From an uncultured Parcubacteria group bacterium (GTDB lineage Bacteria > Patescibacteriota > Patescibacteriia > UBA9934 > CAMTUG01): DNA of 64,000 nt. The translations under genes and the position numbers were made by a program. Each line of letters starts with the position of its first letter. Within the stretch, counting starts at the first letter, position 1. Location: NCBI GenBank assembly GCA_947084965.1, contig CAMTUG010000001.1, forward strand, positions 345,293 through 409,292. The letters run 5' to 3'. Below the pieces are notes generated by a model. That model was not told the origin of the DNA. It saw only the letters and a program-made list of their open reading frames with translations, and made no database searches. Shown one piece after another: positions 44,473 through 55,167 of this stretch.

Positions 44473-44847
44473 ATGGCCACAAAGTTGATTATTCAAATCA
44501 TTGAGCCGGACAACTATCTCGCCGGCATTTATGGCCGCAAGTTTGAAGCAGAAGGCTGGAAAGTACTCATCGCCGAGAATTTTGAGGAAGCAGAAAAACA
44601 GCGCTTAAAGGTTAAGGTTTCCGCTATTATTCTTGAACCAGATATCGACATCAAGGCCGCAGAGAACGTTTTAAAAAGCTTGCGCAAGGATCCGGCGACA
44701 GCAACGATTCCGCTCCTTATTTTTTCAACGATCGCCGAAAAGGCCGAGATCGCCAAGATGAAAAAGGCCGGCGCTAACGCCTATCTGCTCAAAGGGCATT
44801 TTGTCCCGAGCGAGGTTGTGCGCAAAGTTAAATCCATGTTACTCTAA
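44473..44847 (+). CDS. receiver-domain-like protein (atypical: EPD in place of the DD acidic pair)
   Basis: 124 aa with a CheY-like fold pattern (…AIILEPDIDI…IPLLIFST…AYLLKG) but non-canonical acidic-pocket residues. Confidence 0.45.
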   Translation: MATKLIIQIIEPDNYLAGIYGRKFEAEGWKVLIAENFEEAEKQRLKVKVSAIILEPDIDIKAAENVLKSLRKDPATATIPLLIFSTIAEKAEIAKMKKAGANAYLLKGHFVPSEVVRKVKSMLL

Positions 44848-44854
44848 TAGTCGT

Positions 44855-45346
44855 ATGCGTGGTTTTACCAAGATCGAACTTATCGTCGCCCTGGCCATCG
44901 TCGGTATTTTGGCTTCACTTTCGGCGGTCGCTTTGAATTCTGCCCGCGAACGCGCCCGAGACGCCAAACGCATCGCGGATGTCGCTCGCACCCAAGTCGC
45001 GCTCGAACTCTATTTCAACGATCACAACAGCTATCCTGTTTTGACTTCAGCAACGGCGCTCGGTTCTTCGGCGGCCCGTTGTTTGGCTGGAGAGGGGTTT
45101 GTCCCTTCCTGCGACACCCAGACCGAGTCGGTTTACCTGGAACGCGTACCGTCTACCCCGACCGACGGGCTCGGTGAATTAGTTGGGTGCTCCGGAGCAG
45201 AAAATGCCTATTGTTACGTTGGAGAGGCCGAGGCGTATCGTATTCAGTTTGAAGTGGAGAACGACAATCCCGAAGGGAAATTACAAGCCGGCGTAAATTG
45301 TGCGACAGAATCCGGTATCGTTGCTGGAGCCTGTGAAGCATTATAG
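44855..45346 (+). CDS. type IV pilin / pseudopilin (prepilin-type N-terminal cleavage/methylation domain)
   Basis: MRGFTKIELIVALAIVGILASL class-III signal (G|FTxxE). Confidence 0.7.
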   Translation: MRGFTKIELIVALAIVGILASLSAVALNSARERARDAKRIADVARTQVALELYFNDHNSYPVLTSATALGSSAARCLAGEGFVPSCDTQTESVYLERVPSTPTDGLGELVGCSGAENAYCYVGEAEAYRIQFEVENDNPEGKLQAGVNCATESGIVAGACEAL

Positions 45347-45429
45347 GAGGAAAGTCGTAAGCGGTAATGGGTAAGCGTAGACGCACGTATCTCTGCTTTC
45401 TGCTTACCACGTACTGCTTTCTCTTTTTT

Positions 45430-46776
45430 ATGATCAAATTCTACAACACGCTTAGTCGCAAAGAAGAGATTTTTCAGCCTATCTACGACGGCAAGGTTGG
45501 TGTGTATTCCTGCGGGCCGACGGTCTATAACTTCGTCCACATTGGAAACCTCCGGACGTTTGTATTTGAGGATATTCTTCGTCGGGCAATTAAAGCGAAT
45601 GGTTTGCAAGTAAAGCAAGTGAAAAACTTGACCGATGTTGATGACAAGACGATACGCGACAGTCAAAAGGCAAAGGTGTCGCTGAAGGAATTTACAGAAA
45701 AGTACTCCGACGAGTTTTTTAAGGATAGCGATGCTCTCAATATCGAACGCGTAGAAGTTTATCCAAAAGCCACGGAGCACATCGCTGAGATGATTTCGTT
45801 GATTGAACGTTTGCTTGAAAAAGGGCTCGCTTATGCGAGTGATGATGGAGTGTACTTTGCCATCAGCAAATTTCCTGCATACGGCAAACTCGCACATCTC
45901 GATCTCGACGGCCTGAAAGCTGGAGCTTCTGGCCGTGTGCTTTCTGACGAATATGAAAAAGAGAACGTCGGTGATTTTGCACTCTGGAAGTTTTGGGATG
46001 AAAATGATGGTGATGTGAAGTGGGAGGCTCCGTTCGGAGCTGGTCGTCCAGGTTGGCACATCGAATGTTCGGCGATGAGCACAAAGCATCTCGGGGAGAC
46101 GTTCGATGTCCACACCGGGGGGATCGACCTGCTCTTTCCGCATCATCAAGATGAAGTCGCACAAAGCGAAGGGTGCACAGGCAAACCGCTTGCCAACTAC
46201 TGGCTTCACGCGGAACACCTGCTTGTTGATGGCAAGAAAATGTCTAAGTCGCTCGGGAATTTTTATACCTTACGCGATGTGTTGGATAAAGGGTTCGATC
46301 CCCTGGCACTGCGTTACTTATTCCTCGGAGCTACGTATCGTTCGAAGCTCAACTTTACCTGGGAAGCGCTCGAAGGGGCCCAGAACGCTCTGCGGAAGCT
46401 CCAGGTCCTGGCGCGCGAGCTCGAGGCTTCTGCTGGCAAGGCAGGGAAGTATGAACAGGATTTTCTTGAAGCAGTCAACAACGACCTGAACACCCCGCAA
46501 GCGTTGGCGGTCATGTGGATGATGCTTGACGATGCCTCGGTTCCAAGCGCGTCAAAGGCGGCAAGTTTGCTTACATTCGACAAGGTGCTCGGCCTGAAGC
46601 TGGAGGACCATGTTGGGAAGCGCAGGGAAGTACCAGCCGAGATCCTCGACCTGGCCAAACAACGGGAAGAAGCCCGTGCCGCCAAAGATTGGCAAAAATC
46701 TGATGAACTGCGTGACCTGATTATTTCAAAGGGATTTACGGTTGAAGACACACCTGACGGACAAAAAATTCGGTAA
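45430..46776 (+). CDS. cysS: cysteine--tRNA ligase
   Basis: CGPTVYNFVHIGNLRT (HIGH) and KMSKSLGN (KMSKS). Start at MIKFYNTL. Confidence 0.9.
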   Translation: MIKFYNTLSRKEEIFQPIYDGKVGVYSCGPTVYNFVHIGNLRTFVFEDILRRAIKANGLQVKQVKNLTDVDDKTIRDSQKAKVSLKEFTEKYSDEFFKDSDALNIERVEVYPKATEHIAEMISLIERLLEKGLAYASDDGVYFAISKFPAYGKLAHLDLDGLKAGASGRVLSDEYEKENVGDFALWKFWDENDGDVKWEAPFGAGRPGWHIECSAMSTKHLGETFDVHTGGIDLLFPHHQDEVAQSEGCTGKPLANYWLHAEHLLVDGKKMSKSLGNFYTLRDVLDKGFDPLALRYLFLGATYRSKLNFTWEALEGAQNALRKLQVLARELEASAGKAGKYEQDFLEAVNNDLNTPQALAVMWMMLDDASVPSASKAASLLTFDKVLGLKLEDHVGKRREVPAEILDLAKQREEARAAKDWQKSDELRDLIISKGFTVEDTPDGQKIR

Positions 46777-46787
46777 GACGAGGCGGG

Positions 46788-47324
46788 GTGCATGGACCCT
46801 GCCTCTATGTTATAATTTCCGCATCTATGGCCGAAGTTGAAAAACTCATCCCAGAAGTTCCGCGCGCGGCGTCGCCTGAAGGGCAGGCTGGTGTGCCGAA
46901 TGCGGCTGAAACGGTGGAATCAAAGCCCGCGGTACCAGAACTTTCGCACCCATCGCCGGAGCGGGTCGCGGAGCCTGTGCCTGTACCTACGCCCGTTGCT
47001 ATTCCTGCGGCTCCGGTTCGGCATGCTCCAGCAAAGGATGTGCTCACCCAAGAAATCGAGGACGTTCTTGCCGAGGACCTTGGGGATATTTATAAAAATC
47101 TTCCGCCCGAAAAACAGAAGAAATTTAAAGAAGAGGGGGAAAAGACCGCGACACGCATTAAGCAGATGATCGAAACGGGAAAGCTTCACGGTCGCAAGCT
47201 TGTTCAGCTGATCATTCATTGGCTTAAATTGATCCCTGGTGTCAATACTTTTTTCTTAGAACAGGAATCAAAGATCAAAGCGGATAAGTTGATCGAAATC
47301 GCCGAAGAACAAAAACGAAAATAG
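46788..47324 (+). CDS. hypothetical protein, Pro/Ala-rich N-terminal half, Lys/Glu-rich C-terminal half
   Basis: ORF directly upstream of the fused coupling-protein gene, joined by a TAGCGTATG junction. Confidence 0.35.
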   Translation: MHGPCLYVIISASMAEVEKLIPEVPRAASPEGQAGVPNAAETVESKPAVPELSHPSPERVAEPVPVPTPVAIPAAPVRHAPAKDVLTQEIEDVLAEDLGDIYKNLPPEKQKKFKEEGEKTATRIKQMIETGKLHGRKLVQLIIHWLKLIPGVNTFFLEQESKIKADKLIEIAEEQKRK

Positions 47325-47327
47325 CGT

Positions 47328-49847
47328 ATGCCCCTTGAGGTGCAATCAGGAGGAGTGGATTCAGCAACGATCGTCATGATCGCCGTCTTAGTGTTGTGGC
47401 CAGCCGCCCTGGCGATCGTCGTTTTTGCTGTGCGCTGGGCCGCCCGTCAGTTTTTGCACCGTCACGGCAAGACGTTTAAGATGGTTACCCTGTTGGTAAC
47501 GTTGCCAAAGTTTCGTCGTGAGGAAGAGACCAAAGAGGATTCTACAGCACAGAAGGTGCAGGAAGATATTTCGGTAGACGAAACATTTTTCGCGGCGATT
47601 GCTGGATTGCACGCCCAACGCGGGGTGATGCCCTGGTTGCTCGGCCGTTCGGATAATTATGCGTTCGAAATCGTTGCTCACGAAAAGGTGATCAAGTTTT
47701 ACGTGACCGTGCCACGGCGTTATCAGGAGTTTGTTGAGCAGCAGATCACTGCCCAGCATCCAGATGCGTTCGTCGAAGAGGTTGAAGATTACAACATCTT
47801 CAGTCCAACCGGAACGATCCTCGGTGGATATTTGCAGCAGGCCCGCGAAACATTTTTTCCGATCAAGACATTTCGTAAACTTGAAACCGATCCACTGAAT
47901 GCGATCACCAACGCCTTGTCAAAAGTTCCAGAAACGGACGGCGTAGCCATTCAGTATATGGTCCGGCCGGCCACGCCGGGTTGGCGCAAGCAGGGCGCTA
48001 AGGTGGGAAAGAACATGTTGAAAGGGATGACGTTGCGCGAAGCGATGAAGGGCCATAAAAAAGGATCAAGCTGGGTTTCTCTTCTTTCTGGTAAGAAATC
48101 GGAGCAGGCCGAACAAAAGTCCGGCTCCTATTACATGACCCAGACCGAGCAGGACATGACCAAGAATATTGAAGAGAAGATCAGTAAAGGCGGACTTGAG
48201 GTCAATATTCGCGTCGTCGTTTCGGCGAAAGGCCCTGAAGAGGCGCATGATTTACTAAAGGATGTCATGAGCGCCTACGCCCAGTACAACATCTTCGAAT
48301 ACGGAAACGCCCTCGAGAAGTTTATTCCGCTGCGCAAAAAGCACTTGATTAAGAAGTTCATCTACCGCGGGTTTGATGAAACGCGTACCTGTGTGTTCAA
48401 TACCGAAGAGATGGCCTCGCTTTTCCATTTGCCGTTGAAAACAACAGAAACGCCAAACATTCAATGGCTGACCGCACGCACCGCTCCGGTTCCAGCCCAA
48501 GTACCTCAGCGGGTGCCAGAAGATGCCGACCTGCTCCTTGGCTATAACGTCTATCGCGGTCGTAAAATCAACGTGGCGATTAAACGGCCGGATCGTCAGC
48601 GCCACATGTACATCATCGGTAAATCTGGTTCCGGTAAAACGGTCTTCATCCAAACGTTGGCCTTGCAAGATATTATGCGCGGGGAAGGGGTTTGTGTTCT
48701 TGATCCGCACGGAGACATGATCGAATGGCTACTCGGTCACATTCCGAAGAGCCGGATTGACGACGTCGTTTTGTTCGATCCTTCAGACCTTGATCGCCCG
48801 GTCGGATTAAACATGCTGGAAGTCAACCAGGAATCGCAGCAGGACATGGCGACGTCGGAGATGATCTCGATCTTTTACAAGCTTTTCCCGCCAGAAATGA
48901 TCGGGCCGATGTTTGAACACCACATGCGCAACGTGATGTTGACCTTGATGGCCGATCCGGGCAATCAGGGGACGATCGCAGAAATTCCGCGCATGTTTAG
49001 CGATAATGATTTTCAAAAGGCCTGGGTGGCTAAAGTGAAGAATCCGGTCGTGCGGTCGTATTGGGAAAACGAAGTAGCCAAGACGAGCGATTTTCATAAA
49101 TCAGAAATGCTCGGCTATTTGATCTCCAAAGTTGGTCGCTTTGTGGAAGACACGATGATGCGCAACATCATCGGTCAACAGAAGTCCGGATTCAACTTCC
49201 GCGAGATCATGGATAAGAAAAAGATTTTGCTCGTTAACCTAGCCAAAGGAAAGACAGGCGAAGTCAACTCGTCCCTTCTGGGGATGATTATCGTTTCCAA
49301 GTTACAGATGGCCGCCTTGGCGCGTGCGGATATGCCAGAAGAAGAGCGGAGTGATTTTTACTTATACATTGACGAGTTCCAAAACTTTATTACTGATTCG
49401 ATCTCGACGATTCTGTCTGAGGCGCGTAAGTATCGCTTGAACTTGATCGTCGGCCACCAGTACATGGGCCAGCTGGTCAAGGATGGGAAGACGGACATCC
49501 GTGATGCGATTCTCGGGAACGTCGGTTCAACGTTCGTCTCGCGTATCGGGCCTGAAGACGCGGAAACGCTCGAAAAGTTGTATTCGCCGACTTTTGCTGG
49601 ATACGATCTGATCAACTCAGATAAGTATACGTGGTATGCGAAGCTAATCGTTGATAATACCCAAGTAAAGCCGTTTACGTTAAAGACCTTCCCCCCACCA
49701 AAGACCGATCCCAAGTTGGCTGCGGCTATTAAGCAGTTGGCCCGCTTGAAGTACGGTCGTGATCGCGCGATCGTCGAGGCAGAGATTCTTGAGCGCTCGT
49801 CGATCAAGGCGCAAGTGGTGACCGGGACGGGCGAACGAGGCGTATAA
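47328..49847 (+). CDS. VirD4/TraD/TrwB-like coupling-protein-family ATPase, fused form (membrane N-domain + P-loop ATPase in one 839-aa protein)
   Basis: N-terminal TM plus a region homologous to 11360..13084. C-terminal YIIGKSGSGKT, DPHGDM, YLYIDEFQNF, LIVGHQYM homologous to 13086..15065. No zinc-ribbon tail. Confidence 0.75.
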   Translation: MPLEVQSGGVDSATIVMIAVLVLWPAALAIVVFAVRWAARQFLHRHGKTFKMVTLLVTLPKFRREEETKEDSTAQKVQEDISVDETFFAAIAGLHAQRGVMPWLLGRSDNYAFEIVAHEKVIKFYVTVPRRYQEFVEQQITAQHPDAFVEEVEDYNIFSPTGTILGGYLQQARETFFPIKTFRKLETDPLNAITNALSKVPETDGVAIQYMVRPATPGWRKQGAKVGKNMLKGMTLREAMKGHKKGSSWVSLLSGKKSEQAEQKSGSYYMTQTEQDMTKNIEEKISKGGLEVNIRVVVSAKGPEEAHDLLKDVMSAYAQYNIFEYGNALEKFIPLRKKHLIKKFIYRGFDETRTCVFNTEEMASLFHLPLKTTETPNIQWLTARTAPVPAQVPQRVPEDADLLLGYNVYRGRKINVAIKRPDRQRHMYIIGKSGSGKTVFIQTLALQDIMRGEGVCVLDPHGDMIEWLLGHIPKSRIDDVVLFDPSDLDRPVGLNMLEVNQESQQDMATSEMISIFYKLFPPEMIGPMFEHHMRNVMLTLMADPGNQGTIAEIPRMFSDNDFQKAWVAKVKNPVVRSYWENEVAKTSDFHKSEMLGYLISKVGRFVEDTMMRNIIGQQKSGFNFREIMDKKKILLVNLAKGKTGEVNSSLLGMIIVSKLQMAALARADMPEEERSDFYLYIDEFQNFITDSISTILSEARKYRLNLIVGHQYMGQLVKDGKTDIRDAILGNVGSTFVSRIGPEDAETLEKLYSPTFAGYDLINSDKYTWYAKLIVDNTQVKPFTLKTFPPPKTDPKLAAAIKQLARLKYGRDRAIVEAEILERSSIKAQVVTGTGERGV

Positions 49848-49889
49848 TAGTGAAAACGGAAAAAGTCAAAACAAAAAAACCGAAACCTT

Positions 49890-50489
49890 ATGAAAAATCA
49901 AGATCAAACATTCTACGTCGAACGTGAGCCGCAAGAACTTGGACGTGATCCGCGTTTGAATCTTTCACTGAAGATTTTAAGGCAGATGCAGGATTCGCTT
50001 GCTAACGTTATTCAGCTGCTAGAAGCGGGGAGTCACGAAGAGGCGCAGAAGCTGGCAGGGGAGTTGATCATGCAAAAACACGGACTAGATGCCGAATTTG
50101 CGCAATCGACGGGGATGCGGGTGATCGAGGGGGTTTTTGATGGCTGTAATATGGTTGGGAGTGATGGGAATAGTTATAACGTCCCTCCAAACTATGCGTC
50201 CAAGTCACGGCTGGTTGAAGGGGACATGCTTAAGTTAACGATCAAGCCGGACGGGGGGTTTTTGTTTAAGCAGATCGCTCCGATCGAACGTCAGCGCATC
50301 ACCGCCACGCTGGCCGAAGATGTGGCCACGGGTGATTACATCGGGGTCCACGAAGATGGCCGACGCTGGCGCCTGATCCGCGCCTCAATCACGTACTATC
50401 ATGGGGTGCCCGGGGACGAAGTCGTCTTGCTCGTTCCCAAAGGTTCACCTTCAACCTGGGCGGCGGTTGAGAACGTGGTCAAGCATTAA
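49890..50489 (+). CDS. hypothetical protein
   Basis: 199 aa ORF with no recognisable motif. Confidence 0.4.
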   Translation: MKNQDQTFYVEREPQELGRDPRLNLSLKILRQMQDSLANVIQLLEAGSHEEAQKLAGELIMQKHGLDAEFAQSTGMRVIEGVFDGCNMVGSDGNSYNVPPNYASKSRLVEGDMLKLTIKPDGGFLFKQIAPIERQRITATLAEDVATGDYIGVHEDGRRWRLIRASITYYHGVPGDEVVLLVPKGSPSTWAAVENVVKH

Positions 50490-50567
50490 ATTGCTCTATT
50501 TTGCTCGAGGTGCGGCCGGATTTCGGTTGTGTATTTTTGGCATTGTGTGTGTTAAACTGATGCCGCT

Positions 50568-52088
50568 ATGAGTGAAACGATCTACCGCAAATACCGCCCA
50601 AAAACGTTCGCTGAGGTGACCGATCAGGAGCACGTAAAAGCGACGATTCAGAACCAGCTCAAGGCCGGTACGGTCAGTCATGCCTATCTGTTTACTGGTC
50701 CTCGGGGGGTGGGAAAGACAACGATCGCCCGTCTTTTAGCCAAGGCGGTAAATTGTTTGAAATTGAAGGACGGGGAGCCGTGCGGAGGCTGTGTGGCTTG
50801 CGAAGCGATCACCGAAGGCCGGACGATGGATATCATGGAGATTGATGCGGCGAGTAACACCGGCGTCGACAACGTTCGTGAAAATATTATCGATGCCGCG
50901 CGGTTCGCTCCGACGCAGCTTAAGAAAAAGGTGTTCATCATCGATGAAGTGCACGGGCTTTCGATCAACGCCTTTAACGCGTTGTTGAAGACACTCGAAG
51001 AACCGCCAGCGCATGTCGTTTTTATTCTCGCCACGACCGAGCTTCACAAGGTTCCTGAAACGATCGTTTCTCGCTGTCAAAAGTTTGAATTTCATCGGGT
51101 GAAGCCAGGGGATATCGTCGATCGTTTGGCCACGATCGCCAAAGCAGAAAAGGTGAAGATCGATGCAGATGTTCTGACCGCGATCGCTTATCGCTCGGAA
51201 GGCTGTCTGCGCGATGCGGAAAGTTTGTTCGGGCAGATTTTGGCAATTACAGATGGTGAGAAGATCACGCTCGATGTTGCCTCGCTTGTCTTGCCGTTGA
51301 CCAATGAGAAAACGCTGACCGCCTTGATCATCGCCCTCGCGCAGAAGGATGGAATTGAATCGCTGAAGATCGTGGCCGAGATCGCTGAGAGTGGCGGACG
51401 GATCGATCCGCTGCTTGACGAACTGATCGAGATGCTTCGTGCACAGATGATCACCTCATTAAAAGGCGAGCCCTCGCACCTCCCCTCGGACGATGCGCGG
51501 AATCTTCTTGAACTCCTCCTAGACAATCGCAAGCGCTTTTCCAATGATCGCATCCCGCAGCTTCCGCTCGAATTACTCGTTGTTCAGTGGTGTGGGCCAA
51601 AAACCGCGATCGTTTCGAACGGGATCTGTGCCGTACCTGCCGCGGCCCCGGCTCTGGCTCCCGCTCCCGCTCCCGCTCCCGTGCCGACAGCTCCCGGCGA
51701 TCGTTCCGACTCCACTCCTGTTCAGAAAGCTGCGCCATCCAAGGAATCTCCACCGTCGAGTACGTCCGCTTTGTCGATCACCCTCGATGACATTAAATCA
51801 AAATGGAGGGAGTGCTGTGCGAGCATCAAGGAGCGCTCAGGTACACTTCCTGTTTTACTGCAGGATGTCGAGCTATCCTCGCTTGACGGAGATACCCTGA
51901 AACTCAGGGCGCGGATGAGTTTTGTCTGCGATCAGCTCAACGAAAATCGTAATCGCGTCATTTTACTCGAGGTGTTACAAAACCTGATGCAAGCTCCGGT
52001 TAAGGTCCACGCCGAATACGTCGCGACAGACCAGGACGCCCTTGTTTCTGATCTGCTCGGAGAATTTGGAGGCCGCGTTGTTGATTAA
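50568..52088 (+). CDS. dnaX: DNA polymerase III subunit gamma/tau
   Basis: GPRGVGKTTIARLLAKAVNC, Zn module CGGCVACE, and a clamp-loader AAA+ domain. Confidence 0.85.
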   Translation: MSETIYRKYRPKTFAEVTDQEHVKATIQNQLKAGTVSHAYLFTGPRGVGKTTIARLLAKAVNCLKLKDGEPCGGCVACEAITEGRTMDIMEIDAASNTGVDNVRENIIDAARFAPTQLKKKVFIIDEVHGLSINAFNALLKTLEEPPAHVVFILATTELHKVPETIVSRCQKFEFHRVKPGDIVDRLATIAKAEKVKIDADVLTAIAYRSEGCLRDAESLFGQILAITDGEKITLDVASLVLPLTNEKTLTALIIALAQKDGIESLKIVAEIAESGGRIDPLLDELIEMLRAQMITSLKGEPSHLPSDDARNLLELLLDNRKRFSNDRIPQLPLELLVVQWCGPKTAIVSNGICAVPAAAPALAPAPAPAPVPTAPGDRSDSTPVQKAAPSKESPPSSTSALSITLDDIKSKWRECCASIKERSGTLPVLLQDVELSSLDGDTLKLRARMSFVCDQLNENRNRVILLEVLQNLMQAPVKVHAEYVATDQDALVSDLLGEFGGRVVD

Positions 52089-52884
52089 TGTGAACATCCG
52101 CCCTTATCTCGTTGCCTTTCGTCTCGCTCTTTCGAAAGCGCTGGTCTATCGCGCCAATCTTTTGCTCGGAGCGATCAACGTGTTGATCTGGTTTGGAACA
52201 CTGATCCTTATTTATCGCGCTGTTGGTGGTTCGCTCGGTTCCTATTCGGAAGCAGAATTGGTGACTTACATTCTGGCAACGTCGTTTATGGCTTCGACGC
52301 TGTTCAACACCGCCACACAGGAGCAAATTTCAGACGAAATTGTTGAGGGCGACCTTGTCAACTTTCTCTTGCGTCCAATTAATTACTTTTGCTATTGGAT
52401 TTCGCGCGCGCTCGCGGTGCGCTGTGTGTTTATGGTGGTCGCAACGATTGCGGTCTTTATTCTCGCCCAATGGGTGCGGGAGGACATCTTAGTACCGACC
52501 GATTCCGTGATTATTTTTCAGACACTCACGATCGCTTTTGGAGCGATCGTCCTGATGACCGTTTTGGATTTTATCTCCGCCTCGTCTTCTTTTTGGACCG
52601 GACGGAACTTTGGCCCGCGTTGGATGTTTATGATCTTCGCGCGATTTCTTTCTGGGGCCGCGTTTCCGATCGCCCTGATGCCCGGTTGGGCTCAGACGAT
52701 CTTTCACGCTACACCGTTTCCATACTTAGTCGGAGCTGCGGCAGAAACGGTCATCGGCAAACTGGCTGGCCCCGCCTTTCTCCAAGCGCTGATGATCCAG
52801 TGGATCTGGATATGCGCATCAATACTCGTCCTTAGTTTCCTTTGGCGAAAAGGGATCAGATCATACGCCGCCTATGGAAGTTAA
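52089..52884 (+). CDS. ABC-2 family transporter permease
   Basis: Six TM helices. GTG start overlaps the dnaX stop. Followed by a second permease and an ABC ATPase. Confidence 0.55.
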
Positions 52885-53668
52885 ACGCTACGCCCGCATC
52901 TTTCGGCAGGCCGCGATCAATCGCTTTGCCCTTTATTCGGCTTCGCGCGCGGACTTAGTGACATTTATCCTCGGTAAGTTTGTAAGAATGGGGTTCTTTA
53001 TCCTGTTGGCGGTTTCGCTTTTTAATCACACCGACACGCTCGTTGGATTCAAAGAGATGGAAGTTCTTCTGTTTTTTGCGATCATGAACATGGTCGATGT
53101 TCTTATTCAGGTCATCTGGTATCGTGGCATGTACAATTTGCGGGATTGGATTAAGCGCGGAAAGTTTGATGCCTTTTTGATTCAGCCGGTGTCGCCACTC
53201 TTTAAAGTGGCGGCGATGCAGTTGGATCTGTTCGATATCATCACGTTACCGGTCGCGGTTGGGTACATCGTTGTCGTCTGGATTCATTTACCGGTGCAGC
53301 CGGATCTGATCATGGCCCTCACCGCTGCGGCGTTCTTTGTCTTGTCGATGATCCTGGCGTTCTCGATCAACCTTTGTATCGCTTCAACGGCCTTTTGGAT
53401 TCAGGAAAACGAAGGGGCTTGGGCACTTTTCCGCGACTCAATTTACGTCGCTCGATTCCCGAGCGAAATCTTTCCGGACGCGATTCGTCTGGCTTTCACA
53501 TTTATGATCCCTATCCTCGCGATCGTCGCGTTCCCAGCCCGCGCTCTGCTCGGTCTCCTCCAGCCCACGACCCTCATCTGGGCCGCGCTCCTGACCGGCG
53601 CTTGGCTCCTCCTCGCGGTTACCTTGTGGCGCGCCGGGCTCAGGCATTATACTTCTGCAAGCGGTTAA
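52874..53668 (+). CDS. ABC-2 family transporter permease
   Basis: 264 aa, multi-TM, overlaps the upstream permease. Confidence 0.6.
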   Translation: MEVKRYARIFRQAAINRFALYSASRADLVTFILGKFVRMGFFILLAVSLFNHTDTLVGFKEMEVLLFFAIMNMVDVLIQVIWYRGMYNLRDWIKRGKFDAFLIQPVSPLFKVAAMQLDLFDIITLPVAVGYIVVVWIHLPVQPDLIMALTAAAFFVLSMILAFSINLCIASTAFWIQENEGAWALFRDSIYVARFPSEIFPDAIRLAFTFMIPILAIVAFPARALLGLLQPTTLIWAALLTGAWLLLAVTLWRAGLRHYTSASG

Positions 53669-53669
53669 T

Positions 53670-54641
53670 ATGCATGCGATCGAAGCACACAATCTGTCGA
53701 AGTCGTACTCCTCCTGGAAAAAGCAGGCGGGATTTTGGGGGACAGTGAGATCCATCACGCATCGCGAGACGATCACCGTACACGCGGTGAAGGATTTGAG
53801 TTTCACGATTGACGAAGGAGAATTTGTCGGGTTCATCGGTCCGAATGGGGCGGGGAAGACGACGACACTCAAAATGCTCTCTGGCATTCTTTGGCCGACA
53901 TCCGGCGAAGCGACGGTGCTCGGATACACCCCCTGGAAGCGCCAGAAGGAGTTCCAGCGCCAATTTGCGATCGTTCTTGGGCAGAAGAATCAGTTGTGGT
54001 GGGATCTGCCAGCTAAGGACTCGTTTTTGTTGAATAAAGAAATTTTTGAGATTCCAAAAAAGGATTTCGAACAACGTCTTAAACAGTTTGGTGAGATGTT
54101 GAATATCACCCACTTGTACGAGATTCCCGTGAACAAACTTTCGCTTGGCGAACGTATGAAGTGCGAGCTCGTCAATTCGCTCCTCCATCGTCCGCGTGTG
54201 CTGTTCCTCGATGAACCGACGATCGGTCTAGACGTCGTATCACAGCAGGCGATCCGCGAGTTTTTGAAGAAGTGGAACAAAGAGGAGGGGGCAACGATTA
54301 TTCTGACCTCGCACGCCATGGCCGATGTGGAAGCGCTCTGTCCGCGGGTGATCGTCATCGATCACGGCACGATGAACTTTGACGGCTCCCTTCATGCATT
54401 GGTTCAGACCGTCGCTGATCATAAAGAGATGACGGTTAAATTCAGCGAACCGGTTAAACGTGATAGGATCAAAGGGTTCGGAACGGTGAGTGCGTTTGAG
54501 GGAGTCCGCGTTACCCTGCACGTGCCACGAGATGATGTTCGCACGGTCGCGAAGCAACTGCTTGATGAACTTCCCGTGGCGGATCTGAACATTCAAGAGA
54601 TTTCGATCGACGAGGTTGTTCGTAAAGTTTTTAGGTCATGA
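53670..54641 (+). CDS. ABC transporter ATP-binding protein
   Basis: Walker A GPNGAGKTT, signature LSLGERMKCEL, Walker B VLFLDEP. Confidence 0.85.
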   Translation: MHAIEAHNLSKSYSSWKKQAGFWGTVRSITHRETITVHAVKDLSFTIDEGEFVGFIGPNGAGKTTTLKMLSGILWPTSGEATVLGYTPWKRQKEFQRQFAIVLGQKNQLWWDLPAKDSFLLNKEIFEIPKKDFEQRLKQFGEMLNITHLYEIPVNKLSLGERMKCELVNSLLHRPRVLFLDEPTIGLDVVSQQAIREFLKKWNKEEGATIILTSHAMADVEALCPRVIVIDHGTMNFDGSLHALVQTVADHKEMTVKFSEPVKRDRIKGFGTVSAFEGVRVTLHVPRDDVRTVAKQLLDELPVADLNIQEISIDEVVRKVFRS

Positions 54642-55036
54642 TGCTACACACTATGAACTTCAAGCGCCCTGTGTTGCTCGGTTACGCCTTAACGTGGATT
54701 TCTCTCATCCTTTCGTATCGAGAAAATCCTTTGTTTAATCCATCCGGAGAGGCCGGGGCTTTGCGTTTTGACATTACGGACCCGACAACGATCTTCGCTA
54801 CCGGCGGTTGGCCGTTCAAGGTGTATGACTATCCGGTGCCGCCGATGGGTCCTGGACCGGAGCAATCAGAGCTCCCGTTCCTCGCCAACTTGATCGTCTG
54901 GACCGCGCTGAGCTTCGTGATCCTCCGCTTGGCAAAAGAAGAAAAATTGCCCAAAAACCTTGACGCCAAACTCGTCACCCTAGCGGTCGTTCTGACCATC
55001 ATCGGATGCGTCTATCTGTTGTTGAAGTTTGACTAG
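54638..55036 (+). CDS. hypothetical membrane protein
   Basis: 132 aa with hydrophobic N- and C-terminal helices. ATGA overlap with the ABC ATPase gene. Confidence 0.4.
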   Translation: MMLHTMNFKRPVLLGYALTWISLILSYRENPLFNPSGEAGALRFDITDPTTIFATGGWPFKVYDYPVPPMGPGPEQSELPFLANLIVWTALSFVILRLAKEEKLPKNLDAKLVTLAVVLTIIGCVYLLLKFD

Positions 55037-55042
55037 TCGTGC

Positions 55043-55071
55043 GTTGACCACAGCGCGATGATCTGATAGCA
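55043..55071 (+). promoter_or_regulatory. sigma70-like promoter TTGACC-17-TAGCAT upstream of tRNA-Gln
   Basis: Near-consensus -35, 17-nt spacer, about 95 nt upstream of the tRNA. Confidence 0.35.
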
Positions 55072-55167
55072 TCTGCCTGGAAACAACATTCCGGGAGCCG
55101 ACTGCGTCGGTCCCGTCGTTCGCTCGGGAATGTCGAAACATTGAGTTTCTCCATCCCGCTCACTCAC

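Noticed and set aside
50490-50567. SRP RNA (ffs) upstream of dnaX, a common arrangement in several bacterial phyla
   Set aside because: The 78-nt gap lacks the conserved domain-IV GGAAGCAGCC-type motif and shows no convincing helix.
55080-55167. Possible riboswitch or T-box in the ~95-nt leader between the promoter and tRNA-Gln
   Set aside because: Only a short imperfect hairpin (GCCGACtgcGTCGGT) is present, with no conserved riboswitch motifs. It is most simply a tRNA 5' leader removed by RNase P.
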